A stretch of 62,901 nt of DNA, filler included, from Perkinsus chesapeaki ATCC PRA-425 (Eukaryota; Protista; Perkinsozoa): NCBI GenBank assembly GCA_013115145.1. It is 18 parts of 18 records of this genome, joined end to end, with 100 filler letters (N's around TTAATTAATTAA, not from the genome) between each part and the next. Parts side by side here need not be neighbours in the genome. Positions count along the whole stretch, not along the records: positions 22,159 to 26,911 come from JAAPAO010001227.1; positions 27,012 to 29,768 come from JAAPAO010001529.1; positions 29,869 to 35,130 come from JAAPAO010001176.1; 15 more parts are not named here. One strand, 5' to 3'. The translations under genes were made by a program, and so were the position numbers. Numbering within the stretch: position 1 is the first letter of the stretch; every line of letters begins with the position of its first letter. Positions 22,159-34,125 of this stretch are shown piece after piece. A model generated the notes under the pieces. That model did no database searches. It saw only the letters and a program-made list of their open reading frames with translations, and was not told the origin of the DNA.

Positions 22159-25100
22159 CCCCCAGCAAGCTGACAAATGCGGGCAACGACCACTACTACA
22201 ACATGGTCTAGAGCAACGGTCTTCTATGGAAGTTGACGACGAACTGTATGGCACTGAGGGTACGCTGATAGATGATAGACCTCCGTGGGAAGTACTACAG
22301 AGGCAGTGGTCATATGATGGTAAGGCTGTGTTAGGCAGACCCATTCTCAGCGTTCCATGGATTACGGATGAGCGACCTAAGATGAATTATCGACAAGCAG
22401 CAGAACGAGGAGCCAGGTCCTTCGAAAGGTTAAATGATGTTCAGAAGGCCTCCTTCGATAAGGCTCTACAGCAATATCTAGATCGAGGATTCTGCGGCAT
22501 TGTTAAGGACAACAGGGTTGACCAGTTCCGTAAGGTGCCTACGGCGACTGAGTGTCAGAAGGTTTGGGAGCTACTGGTTAAGGACAGTGCCTTAGAAGGG
22601 TCAGTGGTTACTCTGCCGAGACATTTCACTCCGGCACACCCGGTGTTCAGGGATAACCATGTTACTACCCCTTGTAGGCTGGTACTGGACTTTAGGGAGC
22701 TCAATAAGTTTTGTTATAAGGGCGGTCGGTCCCAGAATAATCTACTGGGCGCTCTCTTGCATGTAAGAGGGTTTCGCCACTTGATAGAATCCGATGTATC
22801 CAAGGCCTTTTGCCAAATGGTGGCATGCCTCAGGGATATACCGTATACGTCTTATACGTGTATAGGGCCTTATACAGTTCTCTGGGAAAGGATCTCCTTT
22901 GGGAGTACTACTGCTCCCAGCATGCTAGAAGCATGCTCCTATGATATCACGGATGAGATTGCGCGGTTGATAGAAGCGGTCCCAGAAGGTTCAGGAGGGT
23001 TAGTACAAGCGAAGTTGTTGGATAGGAGGAAGGTTAGGGCTGCACTCCTATTCCCTACGGATGAAGGTGTCCAATATATTTTACAAGGACCACCGGTACC
23101 TACCCGTGTAATCTTTGAGAAGTTTGTGGACGACCTCTTCTTTGGAGGAGAAACTGCTGATGAGGCTCAGGCATGTAGGGACTTCGTAAGTCATATCTTC
23201 AAGGGCCATGGACTGGTAACAGGTCCTCTTAAGGACTTGAAGGCGTGTTACGGAGGCTGTGATAAGCCTGAGGTTCAAGAAGGGCACGTCTTAGGGTACA
23301 CCTTGACCCTAGAAAAGGATGAAATGAAGTGCGCATTCTCAGGGTATATGCCTGCAGATAGATGTGATAAGAGAGGTGCTTGCGCTATACTCTCTTCATT
23401 ATATGACCCCATGGGATTACTATTGGAGATGGACCTTGCAGGGAGGTTGCTATGGCGTGATATATGCGTCGCCTGTAAGGATTGGTCTACTCTACTGGCT
23501 AAGGAGTTAGTAGAAAGGTTACGACAGTGGGTACTACAGGTCAAGGAGGTTGTCGATAAGGGCAGGACTCAACGGTTCGTTGATTTGAACAAGGAGAGCC
23601 TCCTGGTTTCGACGGATGCCTCTATAGATGCATGGGGTGTGGATATAAGGTGCACTGGTGACTATGTTCCTGTTCGAGTTATGGGCCATAACTTATGGCG
23701 AGAGGTGGTCTATTTCCTGGGACACAAGCCTCATGGTCTATCCCGAGGAAGGAACTGGTTGGTGTGTATCAAGGGTTGAGAGTTGTTAAGGCAGCATCCA
23801 GCTACTTACCGGTTACTACATCGCTCCAACCCTTACAAGCCCCATTGCAGGACCTAACCCCACGGTATAAAGCAAGGCCCTTTGTTCTCCTATGCGATAG
23901 CGAAATTACTATCTATAGGCTACGTAAGGAATCCAATGATAAACGACTACCTGCTCCAGAACGCCGAAGGTTGGCTCAGATAAGGGAAATGTGTACAGAG
24001 TTGGACTGTGTGATCCGACATGTCCCATCAGAGCTTAACTATGCGGATTCCATAACAAGGGCTAGGCTGGATTTTGGCCGCACCATCTCGGCTAAGGATG
24101 TTGGAGGCTGTCTACGGTCTGACTGCGTGGTCTATGACTACAAGGAAAGGCTCGACTCTGATAAGGACGAGGATGGTGTTGAAGAGGATAATAAATCCCC
24201 AAAGGTCATGGCGGTTAACATCGACGGAATTGATCTGCCCCCACTTGAAGGACACAATGGTGAGGAGTTGGCTGAGTTGAAGGCACTCGAACGGTATGCT
24301 GCGGTAGATGGAAGATACGGTGAAGGTATCTTGCATGACGACGAGTTCGAGGAGTGCGTTATGGTTTGTGTCCGAAGGTGCCAATTGGTCGACAATGACT
24401 TGAAGCAGTTTAGGCTCTTTCTCAATGGTGACATTACTAAGAGTCAACTAGGTATGAAGGCCAAGGTCTTGGAGCGCTTGGGAAGGATATGCTACTTAGA
24501 CCAAGATGGATTGATTCACCGTAAGCCAGACAGCTCTGAGGAGAGCGAGAGGGAAGTTGCTACTGGTGTGCTTTACCTAGGGGAGTCCGGTTACTCTGAG
24601 TGTATGGTACGGTTGCTAGCTGCTATATACCATTACATCTACGGACATCTAGGTATCCCTCGAGTTCATGTCAAGATGAAGTTAAGGTATTCGCGGAAGG
24701 GCATGAAACGTCTGGTGAGGTCTACATTGAGGTCGTGCGTTCCTTGTCTAAAGGCCCGAGCTGCTAGGAGCTTGGACTACATGGTCATTCATGTCCAGAA
24801 GCTGCTTACTAAAGGCTTATGGCAGGTCGTAGGTGCTGACCTAGCAGGCCCATATGGTCGATCAGCAAATAGTGGTGGTGATGGCCAGGGAGACGATGAT
24901 GAGCATTTTTTGCTGTTGGTTCATGATCATGTCTCAGGGTTTACATGTGCCCGGCCATTGAAGGATTCTAAGCCTGAGACTCTCGCTAAGGTGTTCCACT
25001 CTATCTTCTGTGAACATGGTGCTCCTCGAGTCCTGATTACTGATAGAGATAGGGTACATCTGATGCGTAAGGATGTTAAGGTTGTCCTAGCTAAGCACGG

Positions 25101-26511
25101 CGTGCGGTATTACACTCTACCCGGTTATGCTCAGTTCCTTAGCTTCTGGGAACGTCCCCATAAGGACTTTGTAGAGGTTACTAGAGCCCTTAGGGTGTCG
25201 ATGGACCGCTCTGCTGATACGTCTTATGTTGAGGACTACCAACTGGCTGTAAGAGCCTATAATGTCACTCCTAGGATGTGGGCGAATGTTAGCCCAGCCG
25301 AGCTCCATTTTACACACGGCGTTCGTATTCCTGGAGAACGTGGTGATGGTGACGGCGACATTGACTGGAACGAGTTGAAGGTTAAGTACTTCGATACGGA
25401 CCTCCTAAGTTTCATGAAGGACAGTCTTCCTATGATGGATAGTTTAAGGGAAGATCATGAGGTCACTCTGAGGGAGTATTTAGAGTTATGGCGCATGCGT
25501 CAGGAAAGGAATCTTGAGCGTATGGCTGTGACGGATGATAGAAGGTATGAACCACAGTTATATGATCTTGTGTTCACTTCTAAGGCCCCCTCGAATCGTA
25601 TCGGTCACCACCTGGATGTTATATGGTCTGGTCCTTCTACTATCACTTCGCTTAAAGGTTCTGCAATAGTAGGTGTTACCCCCGGTATCATCTTGGAAGG
25701 TGTAGGTAACATTCATGTGAGCGAAGACGGTAAGCATCTTGAGGTTCCCGACGAGTACGGTAACTCCGAGGATTTTCCCTTGAAGAATGTTAAGCATGCT
25801 GCCGCCCTACAGGGAGTGGTGTATGGTTATCTTCAAGAAGGGAAGAGGGTATTTCTTGACTCTGAAGGTGCTATAAGAGATACGACTATTCGCCCTGGAG
25901 AGGAACAAGATGATATAAGGATGCTGGTGAAGGCGAGAAAGAAGGTCGAATTGGAGAAGATTGTTAAGGAGTCGAGAAGGTCAAGAACAACCTCTGATGA
26001 TGCTATTGGACCACTTCCTCCGGATGTGCTTCCTTCTGAGGAAGGCGCTTGCCACCCGGATGGTGAATTGCTACCGCCTGATGTACAATCTGAGGAGGCA
26101 TCAGAGGAAGGTGATTCTTCCGAGGACGATGACCAACCTTTGGTTGATCAGGTAGATATTTCTAGGCTGAGAGAACACTTAGGCGTTGGCGAAGGGTTTG
26201 AGTTCGGGAGGTTTATGAAAGGTTCTCCCCATACCGGTATGGTTGTGGTATCGGCAGACCCTATTTATGCTGGCCTGGCTATTGTTCTCGAAGGTGATGA
26301 GGGAGTAGAAGATGGTTCAGTCCTCCTTCAACCAGTTAAGGTTGAATGGTTTGGTGGTTGCATTGAGTTAAGGAAGGTCCGTGAGGTCGACCTCGTGACG
26401 GTGCAGAGTGACTCCTTGGTATTTGTGAGCCCATGTGAGAAGAAATGGACTCGTAAGAGGAGTAAGGATCTTATGCAACTACTTCAGGACGTTCAGGGCC
26501 CTCATTACTAA
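22159..26511 (+). mobile_element. BEL/Pao LTR retrotransposon pol (RT, RNase H, integrase) with one frameshift near 23690
   Basis: RLVLDFRELN, ESDVSKAFCQM, KFVDD, LSSLYDPMGL, STDAS, SIPRKEL, LCDSEI, RHVPSELNYADSITR, integrase H-H-C-C (HYIYGH...CVPC), GADLAGP, LITDR, WER. YDPxG, SIPRxEL and RHVPSExNxAD are Pao signatures. Confidence 0.95.
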
Positions 26512-26574
26512 GGCCTTTATATAGTTCTTTTGCTGCAGCCAAGATGCTATGGTACTTGTCTTACTGTTGTGTAA

Positions 26575-26845
26575 ACCGTTGTCGACGAGGTCGATAAGTC
26601 TACGGAGTAGAAGTCAAAGAACAAGTTAAGTCTGCTAGTTCTAAGAAGGATAAGAAGTCTAAGGCGGATAAGAGTGATGATGAAGATAGTTCTAGTAGCT
26701 TTGACTGATGTTGTTATGGTCCTTTATTTCATTTGCTACTCTTCTTATTTCTCTTATTGTCTTTTTACGGTCTGATTAAGTCTGTTGAAGTTATTAGTTA
26801 TGACTCTGTTTGTAAAATCCCTGATTTTACGCGGGCAATGCGCGC
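26575..26845 (+). mobile_element. Relic of the extra-ORF C-terminus plus putative PPT/LTR start
   Basis: VVDEV and VKSASSKKDKKSK...SSSS* echo IVDEVKS and SSKKKKSKK...SSSSSSDEE* of 14104-14260 at nucleotide level; GCGGGCAA-TG at 26831-26840. Confidence 0.65.
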
Positions 26846-27323
26846 GTTCGTGTAGCGCGTTGACGGATTCTATGTTACTGATGGTATGGTTGAGCCTTGG
26901 TTAACATTATCNNNNNNNNNNNNNNNNNNNNNNNNNNNNNNNNNNNNNNNNNNNNTTAATTAATTAANNNNNNNNNNNNNNNNNNNNNNNNNNNNNNNNN
27001 NNNNNNNNNNNCATTCCCTCGAGTGAACCACACGGTGACAATAACAGTATAGGTGATAAACTCTCGTTCGGAAGCTGCACATAGAATGAATAGTCTAACT
27101 AAGCCTTCCTCGGCGTTGGTCTATAAACTCACACACACAGGTGGACTACCGTGCAGGCGCGCTGACGCTTTTTCAAGGAAGCCGAAACATTTCAGGCGCA
27201 ATGAAAGTCATGTATATTATAGACCGACTTCTATACTCGCACGAGGGGATCTTACAATGAGGTCTATGGCAGACTCTAACGTCGCTGTATATAAGATTTG
27301 CCTATAGATGCATCAAACGCCTC

Positions 27324-27980
27324 TCAGTCTCTCAAACCCAAAGACTCCAAGGTGGAGTCAAGTTTTGGAGGGTCGTGATACGAACAGCCTTTCTTTGAAC
27401 AATAGAAGAGAGTATAGCAACGAGGCACAGCACCATTCTCAGCGGAGTTTCTCAGATATGGGCATAAAGGCCTCACAGTAGAGCCGGTATGCGCGTCACG
27501 AACTTTGTCGTCCAACATGACATGGTCAATGAGACCGCTTGATTTGAGGACTAATGCAAGAGCAAACGATCGCGTCAAGAGTATCTTCACAGCGTCGATA
27601 GCCATGCGGTGAGCCCGCAACAGAATTGGCACGTTCGACCCTTTTTCGATGAAACAGTCGGCTACTGTTGTCGAGCATGTCTCCCATGGAGGCTCCATTG
27701 TAGAGTCGGTGATGTCTGGCGTCGTTATACTGTATTTCGAATTAATTAGTACGCTTTCGTTGTGAGCGTCGCGGCAAAAGTATAGCACTGGAGGACTTGC
27801 GAGACCTGCAGGTGAGGTATTCATCTCGAGAAAGGGTAGGTGTCTGGATTCTGAGTACGAAAATCTGTGAGGTCGTGCCCCGTCTGGCGCCAGGAAACGA
27901 AGCCCCGTTCTGGTGACGCGGATACAATGCACCGGAAGGTTGTGGACTCTGGCAATGGGTTTTGTGTATGAGAAGTACAT
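27324..27980 (-). CDS. 218-aa ORF of unknown function
   Basis: Long uninterrupted ATG-initiated frame; no family recognised. Confidence 0.3.
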   Translation of the reverse strand: MYFSYTKPIARVHNLPVHCIRVTRTGLRFLAPDGARPHRFSYSESRHLPFLEMNTSPAGLASPPVLYFCRDAHNESVLINSKYSITTPDITDSTMEPPWETCSTTVADCFIEKGSNVPILLRAHRMAIDAVKILLTRSFALALVLKSSGLIDHVMLDDKVRDAHTGSTVRPLCPYLRNSAENGAVPRCYTLFYCSKKGCSYHDPPKLDSTLESLGLRD

Positions 27981-28398
27981 TCCGTCAAGAAACTAAGTCT
28001 TAGAGGCATAACCGAGGTTCTCAGACTACAGGCCCAAATTCTCAACGGAGAGCACAAGAGAGCTGTACCAGGTATGTAGGGTGGTAAGTGACGCAAACGC
28101 CCTAGCTGCGCCGCATCGCTCCTCTCCTTGTTCCAAGCGCAAATTGGGACACTTGATACGGCTCTTATACGGATATTACTGACATATCTACCGGGGTTTC
28201 CTCAGCTCCTCAAGATGCAAGGATCCGACTTCGAGCTCGCTGGGAACTCCTCTTGTACTGGGAGCGGAACCGACCCCCACCCTAGCCAACTTCGTCTAAT
28301 TGAGCCAATTTCGGCGTTGGACTATAAACTCGCACACACAGCATCCTAGCCGATCTTACTATTTGGGAGACTTCTTCAGTTAAGGATTATCATTATTT

Positions 28399-29768
28399 AT
28401 GAGCATCGGACTCTGTCTTGCATCAGCTTGCTTCTTCGTGTTCGTGGATGCTCTGACATCATCGGTCATCGACGAAGCTTTCAGTTCTTTCATAAAAAAG
28501 TGATATAGTCGATTCCTTGACTTGTCTGTGATTGCTTCTATGTGTCTTATGACAACTGTGGTGCACTAAGCTTCTTTTCGAGTCAAGTTGGAGCCGCTGT
28601 ATTTCAGGTAAAATAAGACATATAGCTCCGCTAATGAGTTCATGCTTCGCAAAGGTTTATTCTGTATAAGACTGTAGAAGATATATCACGCATTAACAGG
28701 GAAAACGGAGGTAGCTTTTGACCATGTTGACCTACTTCTCTTCGCCACATCGTCATTGACCATGTTGACCTTTTGTTGCATGTGTTACATGAAGTCCTTT
28801 TCAGATTCCGACTTTACAGTGGGTCTGAACGAGTTTGCAGATATGTCGTCCGAGGAGTTCGCTGACAGCATGCTATGTGGCTCACAGGCCGCTACTGGCG
28901 GGCTCGACATCCAAGAAAGTTACAGTAAGCTGAGAATCCAGTAGAGTTCTAAACTTCGAGTTCGATAATCCAACTCGACGGTGAGAACAGACCCCTCCAG
29001 AATCGAACTTAGATTTCTTATCTGGTAACCTGATTCAGGTTCCATGTTATCTTTCTCAGATACGTACAGTGCTGAGCCTATCTTGACGCAGTTACCCGAA
29101 TCGGTCGATTGGGAGGCCGCGGGTGCCATGGGACCAGTTAGGACGCAGGGCAAATGTGGCTGTTGTTACGCTATACAAGCAGCAAGTAGTCACTTGATGA
29201 TCATTTGCGGTTGATCATGTCACCCTTAGCGATGGTGGAGAGTCGTTTCAAAATCAAGGCTGGCATGGATCGAGTAGTCCCATTGTCGGTTCAGCAACTC
29301 ATAGATTGCAGCAAGGGTTTTGGAAACAAGTATGTGATGTTCGGGCCGATTGTGAGAATTTCTCTTTAGCGGTTGTAAGGGAGGAACTGTAGTTGAATGC
29401 AGCATATACATTCACACTGCTGGACTCGTAAAGGAGAAGGCATATCCTTATATCGATAAGGCTGGTACATGTAGGCAAGATATTGTAGACTTGAAAATAA
29501 ATCAGTGTATCAAGGTAAGAAGATGACTATCAACGGCCACCCTTTTCTACTACGTGCGAGTTGACATCGTCCAATTGATGGCGTGCTTCTCAGAAAGGCG
29601 ACATCGAAGGCTGGCTTGCCATCCCCCCCATGGATGAACTAGCCCTGCGTACCGCCGTCGCAACAGGACCAGTTTCTGTGCGCATTCATGACTCGACTTC
29701 TCGTTTTCGGAACTACAGGTTTGGAATCATAACTTGTAAAACTCGGTTTACGATGGAGTTACTAGTAA
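28399..29768 (+). CDS. Papain-family (cathepsin L-like) cysteine protease, multi-exon, 3' truncated
   Basis: Signal peptide MSIGLCLASACFFVFVDA, I29 prodomain FTVGLNEFADMSSEEF, mature LPESVDW, QGKCGCCYA, LSVQQLIDCS, GCKGG, YPY, GPVSVRI. Confidence 0.9.
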
Positions 29769-29868
29769 NNNNNNNNNNNNNNNNNNNNNNNNNNNNNNNN
29801 NNNNNNNNNNNNTTAATTAATTAANNNNNNNNNNNNNNNNNNNNNNNNNNNNNNNNNNNNNNNNNNNN

Positions 29869-30004
29869 ATGTTTGATTCTCAGCTAAGATACCACTCTTC
29901 TCCTCAACCTTCACCTTCACATCACCAATAGAGTCCGCCACACCGACATCTACCGGAATAACCTTGCCTGCGAGAGTCTCGGCGAAGAGAAGGAAAACAG
30001 TCAT
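29869..30004 (-). CDS. Divergent ubiquitin-like protein, 5' part
   Basis: LLFAETLAGKVIPVDVGVADSIGDVKVKVEEKSGILAENQ aligns with ubiquitin residues 1-41. Confidence 0.85.
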
Positions 30005-31748
30005 CACGAACAAAGAACCTGCGACGCAACGCCACTTCCATCAACTCACAGCACATAAACATGATGATCTATTTACAACTCGCTTCAAAAGGACGACCCG
30101 TCCTGAACCTTTCACCGAGGTGCTACATGCGGCGCTAGATCTGTGTGGGATTGAACCACCCAAGTCATAATTTAGCCGAAGTTCGAATGTGCGGTTAGAA
30201 TAAGGCACTATGTAAGTGATAAATCAACCAAAACTCAAATACAGTTTTATAGAAAAGAAATTAATTACTAGAGGCTAATGTGATTATTAAAGTGGGTGAG
30301 GGTGTGAGTTACGACGAGTACGACTCCAAGTCATTCCATCAATGAAGCTCGAGACGAGATATGCGTTCCATCAGAAGGTTAATCATCCGATATCCCTCTT
30401 TGTTGGACCGTGTGCTATATATCGGGAAAATCATTGTGCTCGTCCGGCTTGAGACCTTCTGGCAAGTAGTGGAACCGGAGGATTGTCCATTTTTCGTGGC
30501 CTAAAAGGATTTATAAGATCGTACACGTATGTGGGCGGCGAATGCACACTATGGACTCATTATTAATTCGAGTTATCTCACATATCACGTCATGGTGATT
30601 AATGTGGGGCCACATTTTACCTATGAGGTCGGGAACGAAGGCGTGTGTAGCATAACAGGGGATAATTTTATCGAATTGAAGAACCTACCGTAGAATGAGG
30701 ATATTCTCGAACCTACTTCAAGGTCTTTCTCCTTAGAGACAAGAATCTGAATGTCAATGACAGCAGTCACTGTTGAACAGTGTCGTTGTCCCCATGTTCA
30801 CAAGTTGTCTGGGCTCTCACTATATTTTGAAAGCTACACTTTTAGCTGTGGCGATTCGATCACTTCTCCCGGTGCGTAGCCATTCAAGTCGCAAATGCAG
30901 AATTCAAGCTCAGATACACGCGAATTTCCGACAACTGGGCCAGCCGTAGCGGGCACGGTTGAGTGAAATATGCTCGATGAAACTTTCATCATGAAAGTAG
31001 AGCGAGAGTCGCTGATGGCGAGTTTCGAACAGAGTGTTCAACAGGTGTGACACGGCGATCGGGCGTGCTACCACTGCTAGCCTAAGCAGCACAATCCTGT
31101 GGAACATCGTTGGTAACAAATTCTAATAACGTTCCGTCAAGTGGTTCTACACTTTCGACACTGAGTCTTTACATTGTATAAGTGAAGTGTTGGAGGTTAG
31201 ATTTCTGATCAAGCACAAAGACCAGTGAATTGCTTCAGGTTGATCTGGCCCTAACACTAGGTAAAGTGTGGGAGATGGTCAACGTTACCTACTTCAAACC
31301 ACTTCAGCATCAGGTGAAAATGACGTTGTCAAATACGAGAACTGATTATCATTGAACTCTGAGGCACGCTGCCAGCTACATTTCGCGTAAGAACAACTCA
31401 ACAAGATGCAAGCAGAAAGAATGAGAATCTCCCACACCTCATTAATTAAATACGGCGTTCCCGACCCGTCTCCATTTTCACTACGACTTTCACTATAAGC
31501 CTGATACGGGTTATTTCGATCGTAGAGGCCTCGCAGTCTGAGTTTACAACAAAATGACCAGAGGAGATATTCCAATTGCGAATTTTGAATTCTCCATTTC
31601 ATTTTAGAATACCTAGCAAAAGAAGTGCTAGGTTTTCCACCCCGAAGTGGGCTAATGATGGTTAGTGACGTGCAAATCGACGTGGCCAACCAATCATGCT
31701 GCTGTTCTGGCGTTTTTTCAAGTTACTCAGACTTTTCATAAACATCAA

Positions 31749-32150
31749 ATGTACCCTTCAAAGGAGCTGACATCACTCATCGGTGCTTTCATCGCTCTTA
31801 TCGGCGCTATGTTCGTGGTATGCGGATGTAATCCAAAGCCCACTTTTCGTGGATCGGGTGCCGTTTATACATTCGACTGGTATGTGTCGAGCATGACCCG
31901 AGGAGGTTTTCAGGCTGACATCGAAGTTCAAAACAGACAAGGTGAAAAGCACAAATGCAAAGGGATCAAGTTTAGATATGGAAGCAGAAGGTACAATGGC
32001 CCGTGTATGAAGAAGCTTCTTACTAAACTGGGCTTGGACCATGGGGCTTGGATTATCAAACCCAACTTCGAGCCCAAGTCCAACGTTACACTACGGGCGA
32101 TAGATCTTTGGATTGGCAACCTGTATATATTCTCCTACCCTCCGAAGTAA
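31749..32150 (+). CDS. Small predicted secreted/membrane protein (133 aa), unknown family
   Basis: ATG start, hydrophobic LIGAFIALIGAMFVVCGC leader, intronless, basic mature part with a Cys pair. Confidence 0.55.
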   Translation: MYPSKELTSLIGAFIALIGAMFVVCGCNPKPTFRGSGAVYTFDWYVSSMTRGGFQADIEVQNRQGEKHKCKGIKFRYGSRRYNGPCMKKLLTKLGLDHGAWIIKPNFEPKSNVTLRAIDLWIGNLYIFSYPPK

Positions 32151-34125
32151 GAGCGGTATTGCTCGACGTTGGCATGAGCCACTCCCAACGGTTGGGTCCC
32201 CAGCTCACTGCTGCGAGTGGGTACCACGATCAATCCACGGGATTACTTTTTCTATCGACAGCTCAGCTATTGTTGCATACAAGCTTATATAGATTTCTGT
32301 AATTTATAAATACTCTTTTTCATATCAGTTAACTTTGGATAAGTCATTGTGTTCATACTAAAGGTGGAGGCATACCGGTAAGCAAACCCTAGAGATCGGT
32401 GACGCCGTTGATAACTGCATACAGAACACAAGCGACGCTTTAGAGACCTTGAGATCGGGAACCCCGAGGAAAGCTTTGCATGTAGAATATAGAATAGTCA
32501 ATAGAAATCGTGACGATGATATTATCATCTCATGCATGACATTCAGCGGAAAGTTCTTACCTGTTCCAGGATATGCGCAATCACGGACCGTGAGTCAACC
32601 GTGGTTCACGGTTCTCCCGAGACTCAGCCAAATCCAATAGTCCATGATCCCTCGGGATCCGATCTTCGAGTCCACTCGGCAAAAACGCACTCCCTCGAAA
32701 CTCTTTACGAGGGAACTGCTCAATAATGCATTTACTCCGGCATTCAAACCCGTCTTCGAAACACTCCATTTCACATATAAGTGGACGATAATTTTTCTGA
32801 CGTACGCATACAAATTCAGCTTTCGCGCTATTTCACGCTATCTATATCTTGCGAAAAATCGTTGCCAAAAGGGCTTCATTCGCGCTATAGGGACCGAGGT
32901 GACAGCACAGGTCCGAATCTAGCGCTTCAGCATCTTGGTAGAGCACGCAGTCTTTTCCAATCATGAAAGCATAAGAAATCCCATTCGAGTGCCGAGTCTT
33001 TCCGAAGAAGAATCTTAGCCGCTAGGATCTAGAACCGGTTCAACGAGGAACAACAAATGAGAGCAGCTAGCTAATAATAACCAGCTGTTGTGTAAGACAG
33101 CCACTCGGACGAGTGCCTGAGGCATTCCGCATTCCGAGTGGACCTCTGTCAGACAAGTGGAAAGCTTCTCCTGAATAGAAATCCTCCCCCTCATTAGCTT
33201 CCTCAACCTCCACAGGCGACATCTCGCCACATTCTTCGAGATCCTTGTCGAACCAAATCCTCCACTTCAATAGTCCGTCGATCTTGACGCCTTAATTTCC
33301 TACAACGCCGGTCACACTTGGCAAGGCGTCTGCCGTGAGTATGAAGAGGAATAATTTCCACGGGAATGTAGTCTGGACGGATTTTTGTAGAGCCAGGGAA
33401 GGAACCAATCATTCCACTGGTCGAATTGGTATACGCAGAACAGTCCTCAACCAGATCGATAAGCAAAGTGCCCACGAAGCTAGGCACATGTGATCATTCA
33501 ACTCCTTACCATTCCAAGCCAGCGTCTGCTATTCGACAGGAAAACCATACTTCCGAGGTAACATCATTTTAATGTCAAGCCACGTTCGTTTCGAGCCCAC
33601 TCCAAGATGTATCAAGGAAGAAAGTCCAAGCGTGCATAGACCATGAACTTGAACCCGAGCATACTCATAACTATCAACACTTTTGTCGTCGTAGATTTTG
33701 GTCTCCTTCATTGTGTTTGTAGGTTCACGATAACCAACGCTATCGGTGACGGCGCCAATAATTCTACCGATGAAAGAAGCGACACCGAAGATCATTTGTG
33801 ATGTAATAACCTAAACAGGAACTGCATGCAGAGAGGGCAGTACAACCAACAAGTTAACATATTAGAGCGCCCACTCTATGTCATTTGCTAACATACTAAG
33901 AAAAGGCCTTGAAACCCCACAGTGCAACACAAGACTTAAGGCATGGTGAGTCATATGATAACCTTGTACGATAATGCATGCGTTGAATTACCGGCTGAGT
34001 AGCAGAGCATGGCGCTCAAGGGTAGAGGGGGATAGGTAAGGGCATAACAGGGACGGAAGAACAGTGGAGATAGGCTATAGTATCATCTGAGGGATCGTGT
34101 CTCGCTCGACTCGACTCAAGTACTC

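Noticed and set aside
30875-30888. CGTAGCCATTCAAG as a spliced-leader relic
   Set aside because: Only a 10-nt match to the dinoflagellate-type SL, within chance expectation.
32400-33800. Several minus-strand ORFs that may be exons of one gene
   Set aside because: No recognisable motif and no consistent splice model could be built by eye.
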